From the NCBI GenBank assembly GCA_964234715.1, contig OZ174286.1: DNA of 64,000 nt. One strand, written 5' to 3'. The position numbers and the translations under genes were made by a program. Positions 1 through 10,973 of the stretch are shown here, one piece after another. Under the pieces are notes generated by a model. It did no database searches, had not been told where the DNA came from, and saw only the letters and a list, made by a program, of their open reading frames with translations. This DNA comes from Podarcis melisellensis (lineage: Eukaryota). Each line of letters begins with the position of its first letter. The first letter of the stretch is position 1.

Positions 1-725
1 ATGCCTATTTGATAAAGAGTCTCGCTGCTTGTCCTTCTGTGAGCTCATTACACCTACCAAAAGCTTCTTACTTGACTTATTTTCAGCCCCAAAAGAACAG
101 CCAATTATCTTAATAAGGAAAGAAGGAGCCACCGGATTTGTTGAACTGTGCAAAGATCAGTTCTGGTACTTGCTATCACATTCATCCTTCATCCCATTAA
201 GCTTTTACTAGTCAATTAAAAAAATATTCTGCACAAGGGGCCCAGGTACAGCACATGGGTGCCAATTCTCAATGAAAGCCGCGGCTATGTTTTCTACTGC
301 AAATAATACAGCCTTTAAAACAGCATTGTGGGGAAAGCTATTAACATTATCCAGTAACCAGAATCCTAAAGGGACTTAAAGCTTTTTGAAGTTTAATTTG
401 AAAGACTGTTTAGAGCCAGCAGGTTGCTTCTTGGGATTACGGGGCAGGAGAGAGAAGAGATAACCCTCCCTTTCCAAACCAAACAGCTTACCAGGGGAGC
501 CAAAGTAAATGCAGGATGCTTTAAATGAACACCTTTCCCCCTCCTTGAACAGCTCATGTTATTAGTACTGTACTGCTGTGTTAGGAGGGTTAACTAGTGC
601 CACCTGGTGCTCAGTAATCTCAATGGCTCAGAATTCAGGCACAAAAATGGTCCTCTATAATAAAAGTTGCATCCTGGACCAGAAAGGCAGCAGAAAGGAG
701 TAGGGAAGCCCCACCTCTGCTTGAA

Positions 726-1073
726 GTAAAGGTAAAGGGACCCCTGACCATTAGGTCCAGTCACGGAGGAATCTGGGGTTGCAGCGCGCATCTCGCTTTA
801 TTGGCCGAGGGAGCCGGCGTACAGCTTCCAGGTCATATGGCCAGCATGCCTAAGCCGCTTCTGGTGAACTAGAGCAGCGCGCCGAAATGCCGTTTACCTT
901 CCTGCTGAAGCGGTATCTATTTATCTACTTGCACTCTGACGTGCTTTCGAACTGCTAGGTTGGCAGGAGCAGGGACCGAGCAACGGGAGCTCACCTCGTC
1001 GCGGGGATTCGAACTGCCAACCTTCTGGTCGGCAAGTCCTAGGCTCTGTGGTTTAACCCACAGCGCCACCCGC
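726..1073 (-). mobile_element. Sauria SINE (subtype A)
   Basis: tRNA-like head, Sauria core and (ACCTTT)n tail; near-identical to other copies in the window. Confidence 0.9.
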
Positions 1074-1567
1074 TGGTCCTTCAACTGATAATACTCAAGG
1101 ATGGGAAGAATGCTTTTTTGTTTTGTTTTGTTATGTATTCACAAAAGGGTATTTGCTGAGAATAAATGAAACTTTTAACCATTAAAGCAATACAACAGAC
1201 ATCAAAATCATATGGTCTCCTCTATCTTAAACCAGAATGAGAATTTATTTAATAGAAGCTCCTAGATCATATTTTCAAAGGAGACAGGATCTGGTTCCAT
1301 AGACTAATGATACCCCTCAGCTAGATACTTAAATACTGGAACATATATATGTGTGTGTGTGTGTGTGTACACTAACAAGGTCCTCTGAGTTCCTGAGAAA
1401 CGCAGTATCACATAAAGATCAAAGGCTTTGCTTTTTCACAGCAAAACATGGCCCCACCATGTTTTGGGGCCCACTTCTGGAGGATGTGGGCCCCAAGGTT
1501 GCAGGAATCTCCATCGTTATGCAGGACCCTCCTCCTAGCCTGTAACACTGTTCTAAGCCTAGGGCAC

Positions 1568-1568
<1 letters not shown>

Positions 1569-1610
<42 letters not shown>

Positions 1611-1815
1611 TATTCATTTAATTAATTAATTTCTATACCACCCTATACCTGAAGGTCTCAGGGAGGTTCACGTAAAATATCAAATACTGTACATAAAATC
1701 AAAACAAAAACAACAACTCAATAACCCCCCCAACAAAGAACCAGCATTTTTTAAAAGGGCATAGAATGAAGATCAAGTCATGCAAAGGCCTAGTTGAAAA
1801 GGAACGTTTTTGCAC
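1569..1815 (-). mobile_element. L2-like 3' end with (AAT)n tail
   Basis: (ATT)n run followed by TATACCACCCTATACC...GTCTCAGGGAGGTTCAC. Confidence 0.55.
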
Positions 1816-2074
1816 CATGAAAGTGACATGCAAGCATCACTTTTTCAATGACGCATCAGCTGTCACAATGCACTTCATGATGTGCTCCACTTCTCTTACC
1901 CACTTAAGACAGTGTGCACTAATTTGCAGAGGACAGTGACCCTTTGCAAAAAGTAATGGAAAGAGCACCTCAACAAGCTGGCACGTGAGGAGGAGATTTG
2001 TAGTTGAATTAACATTTCCATTAAATCATTTTCAAAAGACAACTAAAAGGGCTTTTAAAGAGAAGTAGAAAAGT

Positions 2075-2226
2075 GAATCATAGAATTATAGAGTTGGAGG
2101 GGACCCTGAGGATCATCTAGTCCAACCCCTCCTGCAATGCAGAAATATGCAGCTGTCCCATACGGGGATCGAACCTGCAACCTGGGCATCATCAGCACCA
2201 TGCTCTAACCACCTGAGATATCCAGC
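2075..2226 (-). mobile_element. tRNA-Ile-derived SINE with CR1-type 3' tail
   Basis: Reverse complement gives a tRNA-Ile(AAT)-like head followed by GGTTGGACTAGATGATC...CCAACTCTATAATTCTATGATTC. Confidence 0.8.
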
Positions 2227-2507
2227 TAAAGGAAAACTACCCAAGATGGGCTACCCAAAGCAGACCTTGGTCGAGGGTGGCCATGCGTCTTTCTTTCCAG
2301 AAAGCAATTCTGCATTTGAAGCGCTTCCTGATTTAAGTCCAGTTTAAAGATAAAATAGTCATAAGGAGCGAGTCTTGAAGCACTTGGCAGCAAACCAAGC
2401 TGGCTCACAAATCGCCTCACCACAATCTTCCACGCTATGGTGAGATGTACTGTATTTCTAGTTAAATTATACTAACAATTTCTAATTTTGTTTCGACACA
2501 TGTATAT

Positions 2508-3050
2508 TTGTTGTTGTTGTTGTTTAGTCGTTTAGTTGTGTCCAACTCTTCATGACCCCATGGACCAGAGCACGCCAGGCATTCCTGTCTTCCACTGCCT
2601 CCCGCAGTTTGGCCAAACTCATGCTGGTAGCTTTGAGAACACTGTCCAACCATCTCATCCTCTGTCCTCCCCTTCTCCTTGTGTCCTCCATCTTTCCCAA
2701 CATCAGGGTCTTTTCCAGGGAGTCTTCTCTTCTCATGAGGTGGCCAAAGTACTGGAGCCTCAGCTTCAAGATCTGTCCTTCCAGTGAGCACTCAGGGCTG
2801 ATTTCCTTCAGAATGGATAGGTTTGATCTTCCTGCAGTCCATGGGACTCTCAAGAGTCTCCTTCTTCATGGATCACTGCCTTGCTGTGGCGAAGGGGCTT
2901 GAATAATTCAGAGAAGCTATGAGCTATGCCATGCAGGGCCACCCGAGACGGACAGATCATAGTGGAGAGTTTTGAAAAAATGTGATCCACCTGGAGCAGG
3001 AACTGGCAAGCCACTCCAGTATCCCTGCCAAGAAAACTCCATGGACAAAT
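2508..3050 (-). mobile_element. BovB (RTE) LINE insertion with inverted 5' segment
   Basis: 2508-2862 is the BovB ORF C-terminus (LRLQYFGHLMRREDSLEKTLMLGK) plus (CAA)n tail on minus; 2863-3050 resembles the BovB 5' region on plus; TSD ACATGTATAT (2498-2507, 3051-3060). Confidence 0.85.
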
Positions 3051-3266
3051 ACATGTATATATTAGCATATGCTAAAAGGGTTTTTTTTAGGGGGGGTTAG
3101 GAGATGCATTTCCTATCTCTTTTTTTGGTAAAGCCCATCCTACTCTGGGCAGCTACTTTGACATAAGGCAAGATGAAATTAGGATGGGGGTCTTTCTTTC
3201 CTAAGGGATCTCTGTATCGCCAAAAGCTGCAGACTGTCATGGGGGGGGGGAGAAGTCTGCCAATAC

Positions 3267-3339
3267 CTTGGAGGGGGGGAACGAGGCAGATTGGTCTTGC
3301 TATTAACTGATCGGTAACCTGACAAGTGAGAAAGGCCAT
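3267..3339 (-). CDS. Candidate internal coding exon (73 nt; (D/Y)GLSHLSGYRSVNSKTNLPRSPPP)
   Basis: Acceptor ctcctcactttgttttgtcaacag|, donor AAG|GTATTG; open in phase 1, matching the upstream exon; ends in phase 2. Confidence 0.5.
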
Positions 3340-4368
3340 CTGTTGACAAAACAAAGTGAGGAGACATATGGACACCACCATTCTTACAACACTGGCTTTG
3401 TTACTAGAATCTGCTGTATATTGAGCCATTACAATAGGAACTGACCTTTTTTATTTTATTTTTTTAAAAAAAATAACCTTCCAAGAAATATACCACACGT
3501 CAGTGCACTTGAGATGAAAGCTACTTTAAAATAATCTGGAAAAGACTGGTGCACAATATATTATAAAATCAAAAACATGTCAGAATAACATGCAGGTGTA
3601 CTCATTAGTGGGGTTTGTTTTCCACCAATATAGATCTTTACTCCAGTCAAAAGGAAGTAGAAAAGTTAAACAGCAAACCCAGAAAGAAAAACAAATGGTG
3701 CTTTTTATCACAGTTCCTCTTCTGCAATAACAAGACATATTCACCAAAAAAATAAGATTGCACCACCAAAAAGAATAGAGGCTTTTGTTATCCCCTAATA
3801 CTTCTATAACCTACACTGTCCAGACAGATGGAGGGAGAAGCTGAAGAAGCAAGACGCTATTCATAAAAGCAAAGAACATAACTGTTAACAATGTGCCTTT
3901 TGTTCATTTACCATTGTAATTCAGCATTTAAGCTGAACCACAATACAATTAAATATAAACTGTATTAAAAGATTAAAAACCCATCTTGGAAATCAAAAGT
4001 AAAAATGATTATGGTTTTTTATAAAGCACCTAACAAATCCACAAATTCATTGTGGTTTATATCTTTTGATATTTTAGAAGTTCCACAAGAGTCTCTCTCT
4101 GTGTGTGTCTCTGTCTTACTGTGCAGATGTGTCTTCCTCTGGAACCTGTCACGTGTCAAGGATGTCAAGGTAAACGTATACTATACTGAACTCTGCTTTG
4201 GAAAAAAAAAATGCTTGCACCTCTAGATTTGGGCTATTTGAACAAGTAGTCTACTTCACGGCCAGGGCATCCCTCCAAAATTTCTCCTAGAAGTAGAAAA
4301 ATCACACTGAAGGCAAGAACACTAGATGGTGCTATAGCTTCATATCATCAACTTGTCACCTTCTAATG

Positions 4369-5836
4369 CAGTGTTTCCCAACCGGTGTTCCGCGGCACAC
4401 TTGTGTGCCGCGAGGTGTTGCCTGGTGTGCCGCGAGGTGTTGCCTGGAGGGAGGCGGGCGAGTCCAAAAAAGGTTGGGAAACACTGCTCTAACACACGCC
4501 AGCCGGGGTCTGCCTCCGCGTTGCATCAGCTTCCTCGCTCTCGGCGCTCTGCTTGCCAGCCTGGTGGCCTCTGCCCCGCCCCGAGACTGGAAGGGAGGGG
4601 CGGGGCTTCCACTGCGGCTGCGTCTCTGGCTCTTTCGACTCATTCCTCCTCCGAGTGGGCTTGAAAGAGCGGCCGATGGATGAATCGGCCGGCGACCCTG
4701 AAGCCTTGTGCAAAGTAGAGGAGGCGGAGAAGCGACGGCAGGGAGCTTAGGCGCCGCATCCGGCTCATTGCGGGAAGTCAAGATGGCGGCGGGTAAGTGT
4801 GGGAAGCAGCTTTTTCCCTCCGCCGCCCCCCTCTCACCGGGAATAAAGGGGGCCCCGCTGGGGGGTGACGTTGTAGAACGCAGAGTTCTTATTTTGGGAA
4901 GGTTTGAGGGGTCGGACTAAGCAGGTTGGGGGCTGGTCTGGGCTTCCGCTCCCTCCCCTCCCCACGGAGTGTACCTGCGGTGCAAGGAGGCGCTCTGAGC
5001 CACTGCTCTGGGAAAGGAAGGAGGGCGAGGCGGCCTGGCCAAGTGCAGGGGAGACCCATAGTGGGGAGCAGGGGGAGGAGGAGGCACCGAGGAATGGAGG
5101 CGGGGGAGACTCCCTCGCTTTGCAGAAACTGCAAAAAACGAGGCAGGAATTGGGTTTGTTTTTGTAGCTCAGGACGTGCTTCGCTTCTGGTGTGCCTAAG
5201 GCGGCCGCCCCAATTATCCCCTAGCCCGTCTTTCCAGGTGCTGCCCCCCCTCCACAAAGGGCCATAGAACTGTAGAGTTGGCAGGGGTCCCAAGGGTCAT
5301 CTAGTCTTAAGTTTCTCTTTCAAAAAGGAAACATGGGTTAAAGCGGCGACGCCGCCCCCCACTCACTTTCCTGCTCTGGCTTCCCTAACAGTTTTCCGAG
5401 TTGCGTCACTGGATCCAGCCCCCTTTTCCACAGGTGACACGGGGCTGGAGGGAGGGAAAGAGGGCTTTACGTCGCGCACAAAGGCAGCCTCCTAGAAGCG
5501 CTCTGGGCCGGCGCCGTTTCGCCGAAGGCGCCGGAGGACCCCCACCCTCAGCTCCTTCAGAAAGGACTGGAGCGGAATAGCCCTTTCTCTTCTTCCCCAA
5601 CCCTTGTCGTTGGAGGAGTCCCTCAGTCCCTCGCTTTGCTGCCTCCTCCCCCCCCACCCCCAAAGCTTGGAGGTTCCCCGGCAAGGGGGAGGGGAAAAAA
5701 TTGAAACTTACACTTTCGTGCGTCCCTCCCGGCGTGACGCTGCGCGCTGACGTCACGGGGCTGTAATGGTGGTGTGCCTCGATATTTTTTTCATCAAACA
5801 AGTGTGCCTTTGCCCAAAAAAGGTTGGGAAACACTG
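4369..5836 (+). mobile_element. Composite non-autonomous hAT (Buster/Charlie-like) element carrying CpG-island-like cargo
   Basis: TIRs CAGTGTTTCCCAACC / GGTTGGGAAACACTG; perfect 8-bp TSD TTCTAATG (4361-4368, 5837-5844); extra internal right TIR ending at 4486; GTGTGCC subterminal repeats. Confidence 0.9.
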
Positions 5837-6169
5837 TTCTAATGCAAGGGAGAATGCCAGTAGAGCAACTTCCAAATAGAGACAAAGGAAGTAGCAAACA
5901 GGTTAGAAAAAGGTATATAAAAAGGTACCGTGACAAATATTAGTGGGAGGAGAGGACAAGGTTAGGACAAGCATTTAATGCGCTCCATTCATTAGTGCTC
6001 CTTAGCCATATCAAACTTATTCAGCATATCAATAGAGTTAAGCTTCATTCTACTTTCCCACTGAAAGTCTGATAGAAAACCCATACCTCTCTCACAGTGA
6101 GTGAAAACATTATGGACCAGCCAGGAGAATACTTTGTTTGCTGGAGATTATGGGTTCCCAATTACTCAC

Positions 6170-6202
6170 AAATGCGGAGTGCAGTTGAACCTGGACACTG
6201 AA
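6170..6202 (-). CDS. Candidate 33-nt frame-preserving microexon (VQCPGSTALRI)
   Basis: Acceptor cttactatttaccgccaaacag|, donor TTT|GTGAGT; 33 nt, open in phase 1. Confidence 0.35.
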
Positions 6203-6359
6203 CTGTTTGGCGGTAAATAGTAAGCACATTAAATGAAAACTATAAGGTGAAACATTTAGGAGAATATGTACTTGCAGCCTCTCAGCATGCTCCGACACGG
6301 GGTGGGGGAATGGCTATTCAACAAGACTTCTAAGTGGAGACATTTATCCAATTGGTATC

Positions 6360-6793
6360 TGTAATGGTTCTAGGGGTTGCTCGTGCGTAAACCGGCGCCA
6401 AACCTGGCTGGGTTGCCTGAGTGAACCTTTTCTGTCCGGACAGCCACTCACCCGTGGCTGTCTCAATCGCTGGCAGAATCCGTCAGTGGGCGTTTCTTGA
6501 ACTTCTTCCAGCAAAGAAGCTCTTTGACGCCTAGTCTCCGCCTACTCTCCCTGCGTGGAAGCCTTCTGCGCAAGGAGCGTGTGGGCAGTGGAGGACCCCT
6601 ACTCTCCCCGCTGGTTCCCGGCAAGGAGTCATGGAACCGCCTTGCCGCTTCCCCCATCTGCCCCCCTTCTCCACTGGTGCTACGCTGATTCTCTTCCCCA
6701 GAAGATGGGCTGCCTCTCCCCCTCCCGGGGTGCTCTCTGGAGTCCCTCTGGAGCCCGCTCTCTCCCTCCGGCCCTGATGGCAGTTCCCTGACA
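6360..6793 (-). mobile_element. Solo LTR (Gypsy-like), 434 bp
   Basis: TG...CA termini (TGTAA...TGACA) with perfect 5-bp TSD GTATC (6355-6359, 6794-6798); orientation inferred, not certain. Confidence 0.75.
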
Positions 6794-7223
6794 GTATCTA
6801 TACTGGATCTACATTTATTTCATATGTGAATTGTTGTTCAACATTGCCTTCATACATGCAAATGTCTTAGATGTTTTTACATATGAAATTCTTCTATGCA
6901 TGGTTTTTACTGCATTGTAAATCGTATAGATACACATCCCAGGAATAAATAAATGAAATTAACCACAACGATAATTATTTATGCGTGCTATTTTTATAGA
7001 GAGATAGATCTACATTTTGAAATTGTGATGCAGCTCTAATGCAGTATCTCACGAGCTAAGTGCTTTCCATATACCTGGCTCATTCCAAGTTGCTGGGGAA
7101 AGAGAGCTTTTAGGGGCTTCTGGCTACTAATTACATGACAGACTGTTCCCGTCACCAATGAGACAGCTTAAATGAGAGTCAAGTTGCAATTGGAGCTTAG
7201 AGAAGGTGATGGTTCAAATAAGC

Positions 7224-7667
7224 TTTCCCAGTCAGTAGTGATGTATGGAAGTGAGAGCTGGACCATAAAGAAGGCTGACCGCCGAAGAATTGATGCTTTT
7301 GAATTATGGTGCTGGAGGAGGCTCTTGAGAGTCCCATAGACTGCAAGAAAATCAAACCTATCCATTCTGAAGGAAATCAGCCCTGAGTGCTTACTGGAAG
7401 GACAGATCGTGAAGCTGAGACTCCAATACTTTGGCCACCTCATGAGAAGAGAAGACTCCCTGGAAAAGACCCTGATGTTGGGAAAGATGGAGGGCAGAAG
7501 GAGGAGGGGACGACAGAGGACGAGATGGTTGGATAGTGTTATCGAAGCTACAAACATGAGTTTGACCAAACTGCGGGAGGCAGTGGAAGACAGGAGTGCC
7601 TGGCGTGCTCTGGTCCAGGGGGTCAGGAAGAGTCGGACACGACTAAACGACTAAACAACAACAACAA
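7224..7667 (+). mobile_element. 5'-truncated BovB (RTE) LINE
   Basis: ORF 7409..7654 KLRLQYFGHLMRREDSLEKTLMLGKMEGRRRRGRQR; (CAA)n tail. Confidence 0.9.
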
Positions 7668-9023
7668 AGGAATGGAACTTGGGGAGATACCTGCAGAAGA
7701 AGCAAGTGACATGCAAAAAAATGAGGAATTTAATTTAGGCACACTGAAGAGGATGGTGGTAGTCACAGAGGTACCCCCTGAAGTCTGAAGTGATGTAATC
7801 CAGCAACAGACACAGCAGCCACCAACTTAGGGTGGGAGGAAGAGAGATTGAGAGTATTAGAATGAGAACCTCAGTATTTTTTGAAGAGTGCCAGGAAGCT
7901 AGTCCAAAAACCAGAAAGAGAACTTTTAGTAGAAACACTGGGAAATAAGTGAAAAGAGGGAAATTCAGTAAGAGGGAGTGCAAATTCAATAGTGCAAAAA
8001 TCATTGTGTATAACACTGCTTAAGTAAAAGAAGTTGGTTCTTGCAGATATTGCAGAAGGAAGAAGCAATATAGATATGACAGTCACCTGGACATGGGGAA
8101 AGAATGAAAATCCCAAGAGAACTGCAAACTGAGAAACAAAGAAATTGCTTAAAGAATGGTGGTGTTGGACAGAACGCTCAGGAAATTATTTATTAAACCA
8201 ATATAAATGTTAGCCCTAAGGAGGTCAGATTTCAGTTATTTAACAGCACATTTTTAATTTGGCTAAAAAGTCTCATGAAATCCTTGTGCTGAAGACCATC
8301 CCAAAAGATAGCCCAATGTAGGCTTGCTGTGTCTCCCCCATTTTGTACAATCTGTATCAGTCCCTGAATGAACCTCCATTCAAGGATTCCCTGCAGGGTG
8401 TTATGAAAGAAGGAAGTGTATAAAATAACACTGTTTTTAGCTTATTAGATGATGAGAGAATAATGAAACCTGCATTTCTGTTTTATGGCACATTATCACG
8501 AGATAATCTGTGGTCAGATGAGCTGCTCTGACACGCAAACAGAAGGAAGATATTAAGTTAAATTCTTCCTGATCTTGGAATACTTAGAAAAAGGAGTCAT
8601 GAGCACGATTTTGTTGCAACATACCCAGAGCACATGTTTCCTGTAAAAAATTCAGTTTCTTGATGCTGTTTACCTGCAATCTTTTTAAAGCAAAACAGAA
8701 ATGCCTGAATCATCACAGGGAGGTTTGGGTTGCACATAACCCTAAATCCCTATGCTTGAATGGAATCCCGATGAGATCCAGTCAAGAGCCGCAAAAAATA
8801 CTGAATTCAAGATTTTTTATGGGAATATGCTCGCCACTTTTCAACGGCCTGAACAACCTTTAAGAATGAAAAGATAGCAATTGCAGCCAAAAACAGTAAC
8901 CACAGGCACCTATTAAAATTCCAGACTTTTACAGTTAATGGAGGCTGCATCACACTTGCAGAGAAACATTCTCCCCATCACTCTCAAGCATCCATATGCC
9001 TTCCAACCCAGGGAGAACTCTCT

Positions 9024-9061
<38 letters not shown>

Positions 9062-9367
9062 TGAAGGTGTGTCCTCAGGAAACAGTTCTCTGTATGCTCA
9101 GACTGCCCCTCTCAGCACCTCTACAAGGTCCACACTGAAGCTGCTGGTTCGCCGCATGACAACAGATGGAGCATAAGCCTTCATACTGGAGCTGGCTTCT
9201 AGGAAGCCTGATCAGTCACTTGTTTTCTTCTACTTAGAGACATATGAGAGGGCCCTCTCTGCCCTAGCTATACTTTTGATTAGGACTGGCTGAGCGATGC
9301 AGAGACTCTCGTGGCCAGAGAACAACAGATTGACAGTAACGTATATTGGACAGGAAAGAATTTGTGG

Positions 9368-9524
9368 NNNNNNNNNNNNNNNNNNNNNNNNNNNNNNNNN
9401 NNNNNNNNNNNNNNNNNNNNNNNNNNNNNNNNNNNNNNNNNNNNNNNNNNNNNNNNNNNNNNNNNNNNNNNNNNNNNNNNNNNNNNNNNNNNNNNNNNNN
9501 NNNNNNNNNNNNNNNNNNNNNNNN
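9368..9524. other. Assembly gap (157 N)
   Basis: Run of N. Confidence 1.
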
Positions 9525-9727
9525 CGAGTTCCTGTGCTTGTCTGCATAAGGCATCTCCCATAAGAGAATCTAAAGCTGTGTCAGTAGCCCTGCAAGAAGA
9601 TCAATCTTTTCTGGAATCTAGTCAAGTATGCCTAATTTTAGCTCTGCAAGAAGCAATGTTGTTGGTTATTACCTCCAAGGAGATAGACAGAATAGCCAAG
9701 TCAACAGCCAACTGGTCAACAACCTAC

Positions 9728-10014
9728 CAGTAATGGTGCCAGCATCTCTGTACTCCCTGTAGTCTGATGGGTCATTTTCCACGGCTTCGCTTACATAGTG
9801 CTCTTCATGGCAGGCTAGGACTGCATGGTCGGTTGTCTCAGGAAAGGGCACAGTGGCAGCCAAAGTGCAGTCGTTCAAAGCTGTGGCGTCCAGCTTGGCA
9901 GGTTTTACAGGGAAGTGCCAACTGCCATCAGGGGGGCCAGCGCTGGAGACTGGGTCTGGCAGAGGTAGAAAATGCAAGCTTCCTTCTTTGCAGTAGTTGG
10001 CTTCCTTGGGAGGT
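9728..10014 (-). CDS. Internal coding exon (287 nt; PPKEANYCKEGSLHF...YREYRDAGTIT) of an unidentified protein
   Basis: Acceptor gtatgttttacag|, donor CTG|GTAGGT; only one frame is open across the exon (within ORF 9669..10049); phase 2 to phase 1. Confidence 0.7.
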
Positions 10015-10620
10015 CTGTAAAACATACACCGGATAGAGAATGTGAGCAAGGTTTAATTCAGGCAATCACAATAGAGTTAATCAAAACAGAACTCTTAAGC
10101 TGTTTGCTCTTTTTCAGCAATTCTAAAGTACCTGGCAGCTGGCAGCATACAAACAGTCTCTATTTTATTCTTAAATAGATGCATTTGAAGGTTAGAGCCT
10201 GGGGATAAAGTCAGAGGTTGAGGAAGTCCTCAATTTCCAGTTTCAAATATAAACAAAGAAGAACCCATAAGGGTGCCTATGATCGATGAATATGATGCAA
10301 TAGCATCTTATCATTTGCCACACCAATGGGAGCCCAGGCTCAGCTGCCATAACCAGTACCACCTGTTGTCCAAGGTTTTATTTATTCACACATGAAAAAG
10401 GCCGGAACTGCCACCAATGAAAATGAAGATTAAAGCATGGCAATGGCTGGCAGGATTAAACCAATTATGGTGTTCCAAAACACAAACACTACATCAATTC
10501 CTGCCCTAAAGACATACCCGTTTTCTAAAGTGACTATGGTAGTCAGTCAAAAGTCACATTTTCTTCCCCTGTTCAGCTATATATCAGGCACTCCATTTAC
10601 TGCTGGGTACTTCTTGTATA

Positions 10621-10973
10621 GGGACGCGGGTGGCGCTGTGGGTTAAACCACAGAACCTAGGACTTGCCGATCAGAAGTTGGCGGTTCGAATCCCCGCGAC
10701 AGGGTGAGCTCCCGTTGCTCAGTCCCTGCTCCTGCCAACCTAGCAGTTTGAAAGCATGTCAAAGTGCAAGTAGATAAATAGGTACTGCTCCGGTGGGAAG
10801 GTAAATGGCATTTCCGTGCGCTGCTCTGGTTCGCCAGAAGCAGCTTAGTCATGCTGGCCACATGACCCGGAAGCTGTACGCCAGCTCCCTCGGCCAGTAA
10901 AGCGAGATGAGCACCGCAACCCCAGAGTCGGTCAGGACTGGACCTAATGGTAAGGGGTCCCTTTACCTTTACT
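10621..10973 (+). mobile_element. Sauria SINE (subtype A)
   Basis: GGGACGCGGGTGGCGCTGTGG head to CCTTTACCTTTAC tail; flanking direct repeat TACTTCTTG. Confidence 0.9.

Noticed and set aside
1-53. Possible further coding exon (GVMSSQKDKQRDSLSNRH) running off the left edge
   Set aside because: Weak polypyrimidine tract, too short to judge, and out of phase with the 3267-3339 exon
4783-4792. Start of a genuine plus-strand gene (ATGGCGGCGG|GTAAGT in a CpG island)
   Set aside because: It lies inside a TIR- and TSD-bounded transposon and I found no convincing downstream plus-strand coding exons; treated as captured cargo
7668-8250. Purine-rich block possibly from an old LTR or LINE
   Set aside because: No termini, TSD or recognisable protein motif could be established
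9230-9733. ORFs containing X runs
   Set aside because: Artefacts of the N gap
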